From positions 64,001-128,000 of the forward strand of contig JAOPTW010000027.1 in the NCBI GenBank assembly GCA_051532035.1: DNA of 64,000 nt, in the 5' to 3' direction. The position numbers were made by a program, and so were the translations under genes. Each line of letters opens with the position of its first letter. Positions within the stretch are counted from its first letter, which is position 1. This stretch comes from Fibrobacterales bacterium. GTDB lineage: Bacteria > Fibrobacterota > Fibrobacteria > Fibrobacterales > JAOPTW01. Positions 9,550-18,574 of the stretch are shown here, piece by piece. The notes beneath the pieces are model-generated. The model was given only the letters and a program-made list of their open reading frames with translations, was not told the DNA's origin and ran no database searches.

Positions 9550-12429
9550 ATGGCAGATTGGCAGATTGGACAGCGTTGGTTAAGTGTAGCAGAGCCCGAA
9601 CTCGGACTCGGAGCCGTAATTGAATTAGCAGGTAAAACAGTAAAACTTGAGTTCCCTGCAGTTAATGAAATCAGAATGTATGTTCAAGAGAATGCTCCAC
9701 TCCGCCGCTATGCACTATCGGTTGGCGATACCATACAAAGCCTTGGTGGACTCACTGAAATTGTCACAGAAATTAAAGAGCAAAACGGCCTTCGTTTCTT
9801 TTTTTGTGATGAACAGATGATACCCGAAACTGAGATCGCCTATTCAGCAACCATTCCAAAAGATGAACTCCTTGATAAAATTCTCCATCTTGAATTTGAT
9901 TCTAACGACGCCTATGAACTCCGCACAAAAGCACATGAAATTAACCGGGAAATTATTGGGTCTCGTACTCGTGGGCTCATCGGCCCCAAAGTAAGCCTGA
10001 TTCCCCACCAGTTTTATATTGCAGACTCATCAGTGACCAAAAACCGCCTTCCTCGAAAACTCCTGGCTGACGAAGTAGGACTTGGAAAAACGATTGAAGC
10101 CGGCCTTATTTACCACCAGCTCAAACTCACGAATCGGGTAACAAAAACATTAATTCTGACGCCTCCATCTCTTAAACACCAATGGATGGTTGAGCTCTAC
10201 AGGCGTTTTAATCAGATGTTTACCATTATTAATGAAGAAGCAGTTGAAGCACTCTGTGGCCCTGATGAAGACACCAACCCATTTGAAAGTGCTCAAGAAA
10301 TTTTATGTGACATCGACTACCTCATTGAGACTCCCGATGTCATGGAGGACCTCCTCAATACAAAGTTTGATCTTCTTATTGTCGATGAAGCACACCATTA
10401 CGAACTCGATTCACCCGATACTGCAGCTCAATATGCGCTCTTAAAAGCCCTGTGTGATCGCACTCCTGGTGTACTGCTCCTTACGGCAACTCCCGAGCAA
10501 CTCAATCCTGTTTCTCACTTTAATCGACTCCAACTCCTCGACCCTCTCAAATACAAAACCTTTGATGAATGGCAAGAGAACCGAAACCACTATGCTGAGC
10601 TTGCACACACCCTTGAAGGACTCTTACAGAGTCATATTGATGGTCACACTATCACCTGGGCTGATCTCTTAGAAGCCTTCCCCGATGACAAGCGTATCAA
10701 TGCCCTTGCCGAGAGTACCGAACACAATTTTAGACCTCAAGATGTCATTCGTCACCTCATCGACACTATGGGTACCGGTGAAGTTATGGTGCGTAATACT
10801 CGTGCAGCGATTGGTGGTTTTCCCGGTCGTGCTGTCCATGGATACTCACTTGATCTTTCTACCGAATACCGTAACGCTGTTGCAAAGTATCAAGCCGTTG
10901 ATACCTCACTCAACTTTGCCATCAACAACTTTATGGCCCTCGACAGTGATGACTTTAAAAAGGGCACCAACCCACTCCCTAAAAAAACAACGCTGAGTCA
11001 GCTCTGGCTAAAAGATGAACGGGTAGTATGGCTTGCTCAATTTCTTGAGACAAACCGAGACAAAAAAATCCTCTGTATCTGTGCCCACAAGCAAACCGTT
11101 CTTGCCCTCAAAGAAGCCCTCGACAGAACCTATAAAACCAAAATCGCACTCTTTTACGAAGAGATGTCTTTGGTAGCTCGTGATCGCGCTGCAGCTTGGT
11201 TCGCCGAAGATGAGGGAGCGCAGCTTCTGATCGCTTCAGAGATTGGCAGTGAAGGACGTAACTTTCAATTTTCACACGACCTCGTACTTTTTGATCTCAT
11301 GCCTGAACCCGGTGTTATTGATCAACGTATTGGAAGACTCGATCGAATCGGTCAAACAGAAACCATCAACATTCATGTCCCTTATGTTGCAGGAACCGCT
11401 CTTGAAGCTCTTTTTACCTGGCACCACAGCGGTCTTAATTCACTGAATTACCCTATTCTTGGTGGTGACGCCCTCTACCACACCTTTTTTGATCAACTCC
11501 ATCACTTTTTGACCAACGGAGTCAATGACTCATTCTCCACTTTTATTGAATCAGTACAGAAAGAGACCGCGTCAGTCAGGCAGACTCTCGAAGAAGGACG
11601 TGATAAACTCCTTGAGCTCAATTCTTTTGACAAAGAGTATACCGAGGCACTCCTTGACTCAATTAAAGAACAAGACGAGAGTGGCAACACTCAAGAATTT
11701 GCTTTTGACGTCCTTTCGCACTTTGGACTCGACATTGAAAAAGCCCCCCACCCATATTCATGGGTCTTTTTACCCAATGCACAGATGAAAATTGATTCCT
11801 TCCCCGGCATCCCCGAAGAAGGACTTACGGTTACCACAAGCCGGGACCAGGCACTCGTCCGTGATGACCTCGCCTATCTCAGTACCGACCACCCGGTAAC
11901 TCTTGCTGCCCTCGACATGACCCTGGGCACTACTGCTGGCCAAGCAGCATTTGTTACTTGGAAACAATCACCCAAAAGTGGACTCTACTTTGAGTTTTCT
12001 TTTACATGGCACGTATCGTCCAGTCCAGAATGGGGTGTACAGCATCTTCTGGTGCCTCAAAACTATCACATGATTTTTGATGTAACCGGTAAGGAGTTCC
12101 CTGCCCTTAACTTTGCTGAGCAACTTATTAACGATGGACAGCCTGCCCTCCTTGAACCGTATATTGAACTTATCGATTCACTGGTACCCAACTTAAAAAA
12201 CCACGCGTATACCTTGTTACAAGAGCGAGTGGAGATACAAAAGGTAGCCATGACCGAAGAGGTTGCCAAAAGCTTTAGTAGTGATCTCGAACGAGTACAA
12301 TTCTTTTGTGAGGGAAGCGCTGTTAAAAAAGAGATCTCCCTTATTAAAAATAAGATTGCGACACTCAGCCAAGCGATTAGCTCGACCGATATTCAATTAG
12401 ATGGTATTCGAATTGTGCTTGCAGAGTAA
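9550..12429 (+). CDS. rapA: RNA polymerase-associated SNF2-family ATPase RapA
   Basis: GQRWLSVAEPELGLG N-terminus; LLADEVGLGKTIEA; DEAHH; SEIGSEGRNFQF; QRIGRLDRIGQ. ATG 9550 preferred over TTG 9541. Confidence 0.95.
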   Translation: MADWQIGQRWLSVAEPELGLGAVIELAGKTVKLEFPAVNEIRMYVQENAPLRRYALSVGDTIQSLGGLTEIVTEIKEQNGLRFFFCDEQMIPETEIAYSATIPKDELLDKILHLEFDSNDAYELRTKAHEINREIIGSRTRGLIGPKVSLIPHQFYIADSSVTKNRLPRKLLADEVGLGKTIEAGLIYHQLKLTNRVTKTLILTPPSLKHQWMVELYRRFNQMFTIINEEAVEALCGPDEDTNPFESAQEILCDIDYLIETPDVMEDLLNTKFDLLIVDEAHHYELDSPDTAAQYALLKALCDRTPGVLLLTATPEQLNPVSHFNRLQLLDPLKYKTFDEWQENRNHYAELAHTLEGLLQSHIDGHTITWADLLEAFPDDKRINALAESTEHNFRPQDVIRHLIDTMGTGEVMVRNTRAAIGGFPGRAVHGYSLDLSTEYRNAVAKYQAVDTSLNFAINNFMALDSDDFKKGTNPLPKKTTLSQLWLKDERVVWLAQFLETNRDKKILCICAHKQTVLALKEALDRTYKTKIALFYEEMSLVARDRAAAWFAEDEGAQLLIASEIGSEGRNFQFSHDLVLFDLMPEPGVIDQRIGRLDRIGQTETINIHVPYVAGTALEALFTWHHSGLNSLNYPILGGDALYHTFFDQLHHFLTNGVNDSFSTFIESVQKETASVRQTLEEGRDKLLELNSFDKEYTEALLDSIKEQDESGNTQEFAFDVLSHFGLDIEKAPHPYSWVFLPNAQMKIDSFPGIPEEGLTVTTSRDQALVRDDLAYLSTDHPVTLAALDMTLGTTAGQAAFVTWKQSPKSGLYFEFSFTWHVSSSPEWGVQHLLVPQNYHMIFDVTGKEFPALNFAEQLINDGQPALLEPYIELIDSLVPNLKNHAYTLLQERVEIQKVAMTEEVAKSFSSDLERVQFFCEGSAVKKEISLIKNKIATLSQAISSTDIQLDGIRIVLAE

Positions 12430-12451
12430 GGAGTCTCTCTAAAGAGTTACT

Positions 12452-12997
12452 CTACTTCTCTGCCGGTATTGCAATGCGGAGGCGGTTTGAAAACCATCGC
12501 ATTCGAGAAAAGAAGGTGATATACTCAATGATCACCATAATATTGAGTGCGAAAGCAAGTAACGCCTGAAGCCCATAGAGTTGTTTGGAGGTTTCATGGT
12601 GCTCTTCAATCTCATACGCATCAAGTACGAGATAGGGTGAATCAATATCAGTTACTAAATAACGACCAAGTATCGTTTTTTTGGCAAAGACGCGTACAGC
12701 ATCATGCAAATTTAGTGCAAGTTCAAACTCTTGGGCATTTGAAGGGTCAAGTATGAGATCGAAGACAAGCTCATTGCTAAAACTAAAATAGTACCGATTA
12801 GTAATTTGCTTTTTAATTGTGGTAAGGTGTCCATACACCATGATTGTAGGAGAATTTTCAGCACTGTCGATAATAAAGTAATTAAGCCCCGCATAGCTTA
12901 AGAGGATTGTTACGGTTAAAATCAATAACAAACATCCAATGCGGTTTATTACTTTTCTAAAGGCTCTGCGGAGAATGAATACGTCTGAATGTGCCAT
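12452..12997 (-). CDS. Hypothetical membrane protein with two TM segments
   Basis: Two hydrophobic stretches; start overlaps the stop of the upstream GT2 gene. Confidence 0.65.
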   Translation of the reverse strand: MAHSDVFILRRAFRKVINRIGCLLLILTVTILLSYAGLNYFIIDSAENSPTIMVYGHLTTIKKQITNRYYFSFSNELVFDLILDPSNAQEFELALNLHDAVRVFAKKTILGRYLVTDIDSPYLVLDAYEIEEHHETSKQLYGLQALLAFALNIMVIIEYITFFSRMRWFSNRLRIAIPAEK

Positions 12998-13701
12998 TAA
13001 ATACTATCGCGTCCGGTTATAAGCTTCTTGATATAATATCGTATAGGATTACGATATTTCTCTTTTTTCCACGGTCTACTACTATGCGGACGGTGGTATA
13101 CTCTTTGGTTTAGTAGTATATAATTTTTATAGCCAAAACTCCGTGATTTTTTCGATAATTCAACATCAAACCATGATTTTTTTGGACTGAGTTCATTTAT
13201 TGAAAGATCTAACAAAAAAGAATCTGTTATGAGAGTACAGCAAAATGATACTCTTTTATGCGTTTCCACAACGCTTCCCTTTTGTCTTGCTACATACCCA
13301 TACGGATAACAGATCGTATCTTGGTCATCAACGGTCACCGCTCCAATCATCCCTGGGTTATCTAATGTCAGTGCATAATTATAGAGATCCTCTATTGTCG
13401 ATTTTCCAATGCGCACATCTGATTCGATAAAGAGAATCGCTCTCCCCTTTCGCCTCTTTTCAAGCTCTTGTAAAAGGTGCCACTGATTGGGTGATGCGCC
13501 CGCTCCAATCTCTTTTGCTGTCAGTAAAGAAAGAGAGTAGGTACTTGCTGCATGTTTAAGCCATTCACTCGTCTCTCTCTCTGAATGATCATCAAATATG
13601 AGATATTCAATAGCACCTTTATAAGCAACCACTGTTTCAATAGTATCACGCGCTGTATCCAGGGAATCTTTGACGGGGGTGACAATCAATATTGGCAACA
13701 A
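12997..13701 (-). CDS. Glycosyltransferase family 2 protein
   Basis: IVTPVKD, IFDDHS, LFIESDV (DxD-like), SFCCTLI. Confidence 0.85.
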   Translation of the reverse strand: MLPILIVTPVKDSLDTARDTIETVVAYKGAIEYLIFDDHSERETSEWLKHAASTYSLSLLTAKEIGAGASPNQWHLLQELEKRRKGRAILFIESDVRIGKSTIEDLYNYALTLDNPGMIGAVTVDDQDTICYPYGYVARQKGSVVETHKRVSFCCTLITDSFLLDLSINELSPKKSWFDVELSKKSRSFGYKNYILLNQRVYHRPHSSRPWKKEKYRNPIRYYIKKLITGRDSI

Positions 13702-13796
13702 TTGTACTCACTCATGCTTATAATAAGCAATTTAGACAGGAATTCATACACCATTTATAGTATACTTTACACAGAGCGACAACTAAAAATGGGACC

Positions 13797-14816
13797 ATGT
13801 CAGAGTTTAGGCAAAACGTTACAACAGGAGAGTGGGTAATTATTTCCAAGGAGCGTGCGGCACGCCCAGAAGATTTTAAATGCTCCCTCTCGACAGAGCG
13901 CGACTCCCTTTCAGGTTATGATGCTGATTGCCCTTTTTGCAAAGGCAATGAACACAAAGCAACGGAAAAAACTCATCAAATTGGTGATGACCACAACTGG
14001 ACTATTCGAGTGTTTCCCAATAAATTTGCCGCACTCAACACCCAGGCCGACCCCAAAAGAGTGAGCAATGGAATGCACCTCAAAGCTGGTGGCTATGGTA
14101 TTTCAGAGGTGATTGTCGAATCCCCCCTACACAATGCTAATCCAGCTCTCATGTCAGCGTGCCATATTAAAGACATCCTCTCTGCCTATAAAGAGCGCTA
14201 CACAACCATTGCCTCTGACTCAAACATTTCAATGGTCAGTATTTTTAGAAACCATGGGCCTACTGCAGGAGCCTCACTCAACCACCCCCATTCACAAATT
14301 ATCGGGAGCATGGTTTCGACAACAGCCATTAATGAACAGATAAACTATGCACGACGTGCATCAAATACTTGGGGTACTTGTGTCTACTGCGATCTCATCA
14401 CTTTTGAGCTCGAAGAAAAAGAGCGCATTATTGCCGAATCTGACTATTTTATAGCTATTTCTCCCTATGCTTCACGCTCACCATTTGAGACGCGCATCTA
14501 CCCTAAAAGACATCAATCGCAATATAACGAAATTTCGAGTGAAGAGATTGTAGATTTGGCTGCAGTTCTAAAATCAGTCCTTGGCAAGCTTTACGTTTGT
14601 CTTGACAATCCAGATTATAATTATATAATCAGATCTATGACGACAAAAGATGGGGGTGTCCCCTACTATCATTGGTATGTGGTGATAATTCCAAAAATAT
14701 CAACAGTCGCTGGATTTGAAATTGGCAGTGGTATTTATATCAATACAGCCGTACCGGAAATGTGCGCACAGGCACTCCGCGAGGCAAATGAACCGGAGGT
14801 AACCTGTGGAGAATAG
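13797..14816 (+). CDS. galT: Galactose-1-phosphate uridylyltransferase
   Basis: ERAARP, CPFCKGNE, PNKFAAL, NHG..AGASLNHPHSQ catalytic motif, AGFEIGSG. Confidence 0.93.
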   Translation: MSEFRQNVTTGEWVIISKERAARPEDFKCSLSTERDSLSGYDADCPFCKGNEHKATEKTHQIGDDHNWTIRVFPNKFAALNTQADPKRVSNGMHLKAGGYGISEVIVESPLHNANPALMSACHIKDILSAYKERYTTIASDSNISMVSIFRNHGPTAGASLNHPHSQIIGSMVSTTAINEQINYARRASNTWGTCVYCDLITFELEEKERIIAESDYFIAISPYASRSPFETRIYPKRHQSQYNEISSEEIVDLAAVLKSVLGKLYVCLDNPDYNYIIRSMTTKDGGVPYYHWYVVIIPKISTVAGFEIGSGIYINTAVPEMCAQALREANEPEVTCGE

Positions 14817-15159
14817 AAGACTCAAACGGAAACATCTCATTTACTATTTGCGAATATTTTTTGCGCACAACCGTGAACTCGTCGGCCATCTTGTGGATAT
14901 TACGACCGAAGGTATCATGGTCATTAGTGAAGAGCCCATAGAAAATAACACGGTCTATGAATTTGTTATGGATCTCCCCGAAGAGATTGCAGGCAAAAAA
15001 GAGATGCATTTTAAAGCCAAATGTGTTTGGGCAACGAATGCATCAAATCCTGATTTCTACGACTCAGGCTATACCTTGGTTGATGCAAGTGAAGAGAATC
15101 TTCTCATCATTAAAACTCTTGTTCAAATTTTTGGTTTTGGTTCCGAAAAAGAGGGGTAA
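14806..15159 (+). CDS. Stand-alone PilZ domain protein
   Basis: RRxxR (NRRLKR) and DxxxxG (DITTEG) motifs. Confidence 0.85.
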   Translation: MENRRLKRKHLIYYLRIFFAHNRELVGHLVDITTEGIMVISEEPIENNTVYEFVMDLPEEIAGKKEMHFKAKCVWATNASNPDFYDSGYTLVDASEENLLIIKTLVQIFGFGSEKEG

Positions 15160-15241
15160 TACAAAGCCCTCTCTGTGTATCCTCGAAATATGATTGTATC
15201 TTAAGGAACACCACATTCACTGTATAACAGAGCGCATTCTA

Positions 15242-16414
15242 ATGCCTTATCGTGTCATTCCCTTTTTTAACACCGCCCCCTTACTTTTGTATTGTCTCCT
15301 TATGGCATGTTCTACCTCTCAAGAAATTGTGGTTGATCGGCATCCTAATGGAGTTAAAAAAAAGGTCACGATTCTCGAAGGCACCACTATCACCACCATA
15401 AAAACCTTTCACTTTAATGCCCTCCGTGCGACTGAGATAGAGGTGATTAATGGCACCCCTCATGGACGTTTCCAATCCTGGAGATCTGACGGTGTACTTG
15501 ATCAAACGGGAGAGTATACCAGTGGTAAAAAAGAAGGGCTCTGGATTAAATGGTATGGGAAAAACCGTCCATTACAGAAAGCCCACTATGTAGATGGGGT
15601 TAAAAAAGGCCCCTTCAACAAGTACTACCCCTCAGGGGCTCTTTGGATAACGGGCACTTACAAAAATAATCTCCCTCTAGGAGTCCACACCACCTACTAC
15701 AAAAGTGGCTCAGTAAAAAGCACCAATGGATGTTATGAACCTTCGAGCCAAACCTACACTGCATACTTTGAGAGTGGAGCCATACAAGAAAACTACCTCT
15801 GTAATGACTCACTTAAAAACGACCTCTATCGAGTTTATTACAGCAATGGGCACACTCGTATTTCTGGATTTTACAAAAATGGAAAACCCGAGGCAATCTG
15901 GTCATACTACACGGCAACAGGATACATTACTGCTATAGAGAGTTATTACAACAACAAAAAGCATGGGCTTTTTACCCGCTTTTCGCCAACAGGCGACACC
16001 CTTGCCCGGACCTTTTTCCACAAGGGGGCGGGAACCCTTAACACACAATGCCCTCATAACCTCACCCAAGCGTGTAGTGACTCCACTTGGATCGATGGCA
16101 CACTCCACGGAATGATTTCGCACACCGACACAGCCCACCAGGTTCGCTATGTTGAACAGTGGAAAAATGGCGTTAAACTGAATGAGAAAAAATATCGTAA
16201 CGGCACCCTCGTTTTAGAAGGGGGATACCTGAATGATAAACGCGAAGGACCTTGGAGGCTTTTCTATCAAAGTGGAGCCATTAAAGAACGGCTTAATTTT
16301 AAAGAAGACGACTATTTTGGATTGCAGAAATTGTATGACTCAACAGGTACCCTTACCATGAAACGTCACCACTATGGTAAAGGGAAAAAGGTTGTGGTAG
16401 AGATTGTCAAGTAA
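15242..16414 (+). CDS. MORN-variant repeat (YwqK-like) lipoprotein
   Basis: Lipobox LMAC-S; repeated YxxGxxxG..YYxSG units; start uncertain (15194 or 15242). Confidence 0.8.
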   Translation: MPYRVIPFFNTAPLLLYCLLMACSTSQEIVVDRHPNGVKKKVTILEGTTITTIKTFHFNALRATEIEVINGTPHGRFQSWRSDGVLDQTGEYTSGKKEGLWIKWYGKNRPLQKAHYVDGVKKGPFNKYYPSGALWITGTYKNNLPLGVHTTYYKSGSVKSTNGCYEPSSQTYTAYFESGAIQENYLCNDSLKNDLYRVYYSNGHTRISGFYKNGKPEAIWSYYTATGYITAIESYYNNKKHGLFTRFSPTGDTLARTFFHKGAGTLNTQCPHNLTQACSDSTWIDGTLHGMISHTDTAHQVRYVEQWKNGVKLNEKKYRNGTLVLEGGYLNDKREGPWRLFYQSGAIKERLNFKEDDYFGLQKLYDSTGTLTMKRHHYGKGKKVVVEIVK

Positions 16415-16417
16415 ATA

Positions 16418-17158
16418 CTACTCCTCAACCCACGCTTTATAGTCATTAAAAGCCTGTTTGACCACTGCATTGAGGTCGGTAAACTGTTTCGAGAATGGCG
16501 GATACTTACCACCTGGAATGCCAAGCATATCATGCAGCACCATCACCTGACCATCACACAATTTGCCGGCACCACATCCAATTGTGGGAATAGTAAGTTT
16601 TTCACTAATAAGACCACCGAGTGCATCGGGAATGTGTTCAAGAACAATTGCAATAGCACCCAGCTCTTGTAATTGCAGGGCATCGCTCATCATTTGTTCT
16701 GCTTCACCATCACTCTTGCCCACTTGCTTCAGACTTGTTGCTGTTTGAGGGGTGAGCCCTAAATGACCCACCACATCGATACCTTTTTCAGCAAGGGCTT
16801 TAATCTGCTCAAATTTAGTGCCTTCAATTTTTACCGAATGCGCCCCTGCTGCCACAAGCCTCTTCCCGTTCTCAAGCGCCAACTCAACTGAACTATCTGA
16901 CTGGTAGGGCATATCACTGATTATATGAGTATTACGAGCACCACGAGCAACCGCTGCTGTAGAGAGAATCATCTCCTCCATACCAATATCACGCGTTGAA
17001 CCATGCCCCCACACTACATTTGCTACGGAGTCACCCACCAAAATTGCATCAATCTGCACCTCTTCGAGCAACCGCGCAAAATTAACATCATAAGCCGTCA
17101 GTACAGAAATCTTCTGCCCATTCTTCTTTTGATGAATAAAATCAATTGGCTTCAACAT
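16418..17158 (-). CDS. panB: 3-methyl-2-oxobutanoate hydroxymethyltransferase
   Basis: LTAYD, ILVGDS, DMPY, VKIEG, GHLGLTPQ, IPTIGCGAG..CDGQV; ggagg RBS before ATG 17158. Confidence 0.96.
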   Translation of the reverse strand: MLKPIDFIHQKKNGQKISVLTAYDVNFARLLEEVQIDAILVGDSVANVVWGHGSTRDIGMEEMILSTAAVARGARNTHIISDMPYQSDSSVELALENGKRLVAAGAHSVKIEGTKFEQIKALAEKGIDVVGHLGLTPQTATSLKQVGKSDGEAEQMMSDALQLQELGAIAIVLEHIPDALGGLISEKLTIPTIGCGAGKLCDGQVMVLHDMLGIPGGKYPPFSKQFTDLNAVVKQAFNDYKAWVEE

Positions 17159-17205
17159 ACACACCTCCATTTAACCCCCAAAAAAATAGAAAATTCCCCC
17201 CAAAA

Positions 17206-17375
17206 GCAACGCAGCAACGTCCGCAAAGCGAACAAGCAAAAAGAAAAGCAATGTTTGCCCACGGCAAACAAGCAAAAAAAGCAACGCTTGCCGTAGGCAA
17301 GCAAGCAATTTCAAGTAATGTTTGTCAAAGGCAAACGAACGAGTAACGCAGCAACGTTCGCAAAGCGAACGAGCA
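17206..17375. repeat. Tandem array of five REP-like hairpins with about 34-bp period
   Basis: Units at about 17214, 17248, 17281, 17315 and 17351; each is G(C/T)AA(C/T), a 6-8 bp stem, a 3-nt loop and usually AGCA. Confidence 0.75.
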
Positions 17376-17389
17376 GATAAACAATCCAA

Positions 17390-17495
17390 TTAATCAGCGT
17401 ATAAATGCTCAGATATGAGGCATTTTTTGCGACAGCGTACGCGAGTACGCCGAGTGAAAAATAACGAAGTAGATGAGCGTTTATACGCTGATTAA
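17390..17495. mobile_element. MITE-like element with 22-bp terminal inverted repeats
   Basis: ttaatcagcgtataaatgctca ... tgagcgtttatacgctgattaa (1 mismatch); internal gcgtac-gcga-gtacgc hairpin; TTAA at both ends. Confidence 0.65.
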
Positions 17496-17752
17496 ATTCC
17501 GAGAGAATTTAGGGTGTCGACAATCGACGTAAGTGTCGCGGCAATTTTGGGGTGACTTTCCTCGAAGTTATGCACGGCCTGTTCTACACTTGCCCCAATA
17601 GAGTCATTCTCTGCTTCAGCAGGGTCAAGATGTTTTTGAATATCACCAACCAACACCTCAAGTTGCTCTTTTGATGAGGAATCAAGCTCAGACTGACTGT
17701 CAAGTTCAGTGTTAAGGTCTTGGAGTAGTTCTTTCAAACGATCGGCAGGCAT
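17492..17752 (-). CDS. DUF4404 family protein
   Basis: C-terminal FEESHPKIAATLTSIVDTLNSLGI; gagga RBS before ATG 17752. Confidence 0.85.
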   Translation of the reverse strand: MPADRLKELLQDLNTELDSQSELDSSSKEQLEVLVGDIQKHLDPAEAENDSIGASVEQAVHNFEESHPKIAATLTSIVDTLNSLGI

Positions 17753-17812
17753 AGAGTCCTCAAAGGTAAGTGATATAGATCTATTATACATCATATAGCT
17801 CAGAGTGGCAAG

Positions 17813-18574
17813 TTAAAATGCGCGCACAGTTTTAAGATATTCATAGGACTTCACATGATGCATACTCTCACTATGCAGTGAAAGAAAGGTAAAAAGGAGC
17901 TCTTCGAGCCTCGGGAGATAACGAACGAGTTCCTTGGGGTAGCCACCTTGTCTCTTGTTTGACCCAATGTGACAGATCGCTCTTGCCAACGCCTTTGACT
18001 TCTCTGTCGACTGTTCAGCACAGGCACTGCACACACACCCACCCCGCTCAATAGAGAAATGTGCCGGTTCACTGAGGAGGTGCATACATTCAATACAGTT
18101 CTCAGTATTGATCTCGAATCCATAGATACGAGAGACATGTACTAAGTATCGACACAGTATTAAATATGAACGTTCAACGGTGAGTTCGACTTGCTCGGTC
18201 AAAAAATCTAGGCCTCGACTGAGTAACTCAAAGAGTTCTCCTGCGCCCAATGTTCCGTGATTACATTGCAAGACTATCTCCATCATCACCTGAGCCACCG
18301 CCGAAGAAATCATCTTTTCTGACAGTGTACTGCGCTGGGTAATGACGGCACTCTCTTTAAGAGTATGAAGATCTCTAGAGTCACTGTAATAAACCTCTAA
18401 ATTAAGAGTATTACAAAAGGAGAAGTGCACACCGGTAACACTTTTTTTTCGTTTTGCTCCTTTCGCCACAACCGAAAGAACTCCATACTCGGCCGTTAAC
18501 ACGCGCGCGATAATTGAAGTCTCACGATAAGGAATCCGGTGCAATACCAGTGCAGCTATTTTTTGAAGCGCCAT
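17813..18574 (-). CDS. recO: DNA repair protein RecO
   Basis: ALVLHRIPYRETSII..LT.EYG.LSVVAKGAKR; CIEC...GGCVCSAC Zn finger. Confidence 0.93.
   Translation of the reverse strand: MALQKIAALVLHRIPYRETSIIARVLTAEYGVLSVVAKGAKRKKSVTGVHFSFCNTLNLEVYYSDSRDLHTLKESAVITQRSTLSEKMISSAVAQVMMEIVLQCNHGTLGAGELFELLSRGLDFLTEQVELTVERSYLILCRYLVHVSRIYGFEINTENCIECMHLLSEPAHFSIERGGCVCSACAEQSTEKSKALARAICHIGSNKRQGGYPKELVRYLPRLEELLFTFLSLHSESMHHVKSYEYLKTVRAF

Noticed and set aside
15242..16414. YwqK-like gene as part of a toxin-antitoxin system
   Set aside because: No adjacent toxin candidate; neighbours are PilZ and panB, and MORN-variant repeats are common in non-immunity proteins.
17206..17375. CRISPR array
   Set aside because: Units are not identical repeats, the gaps are only about 6-10 nt, and there are no cas genes.
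17003..17389. Short ORFs overlapping the hairpin array
   Set aside because: Low-complexity translations of repeat DNA with no recognisable protein features.
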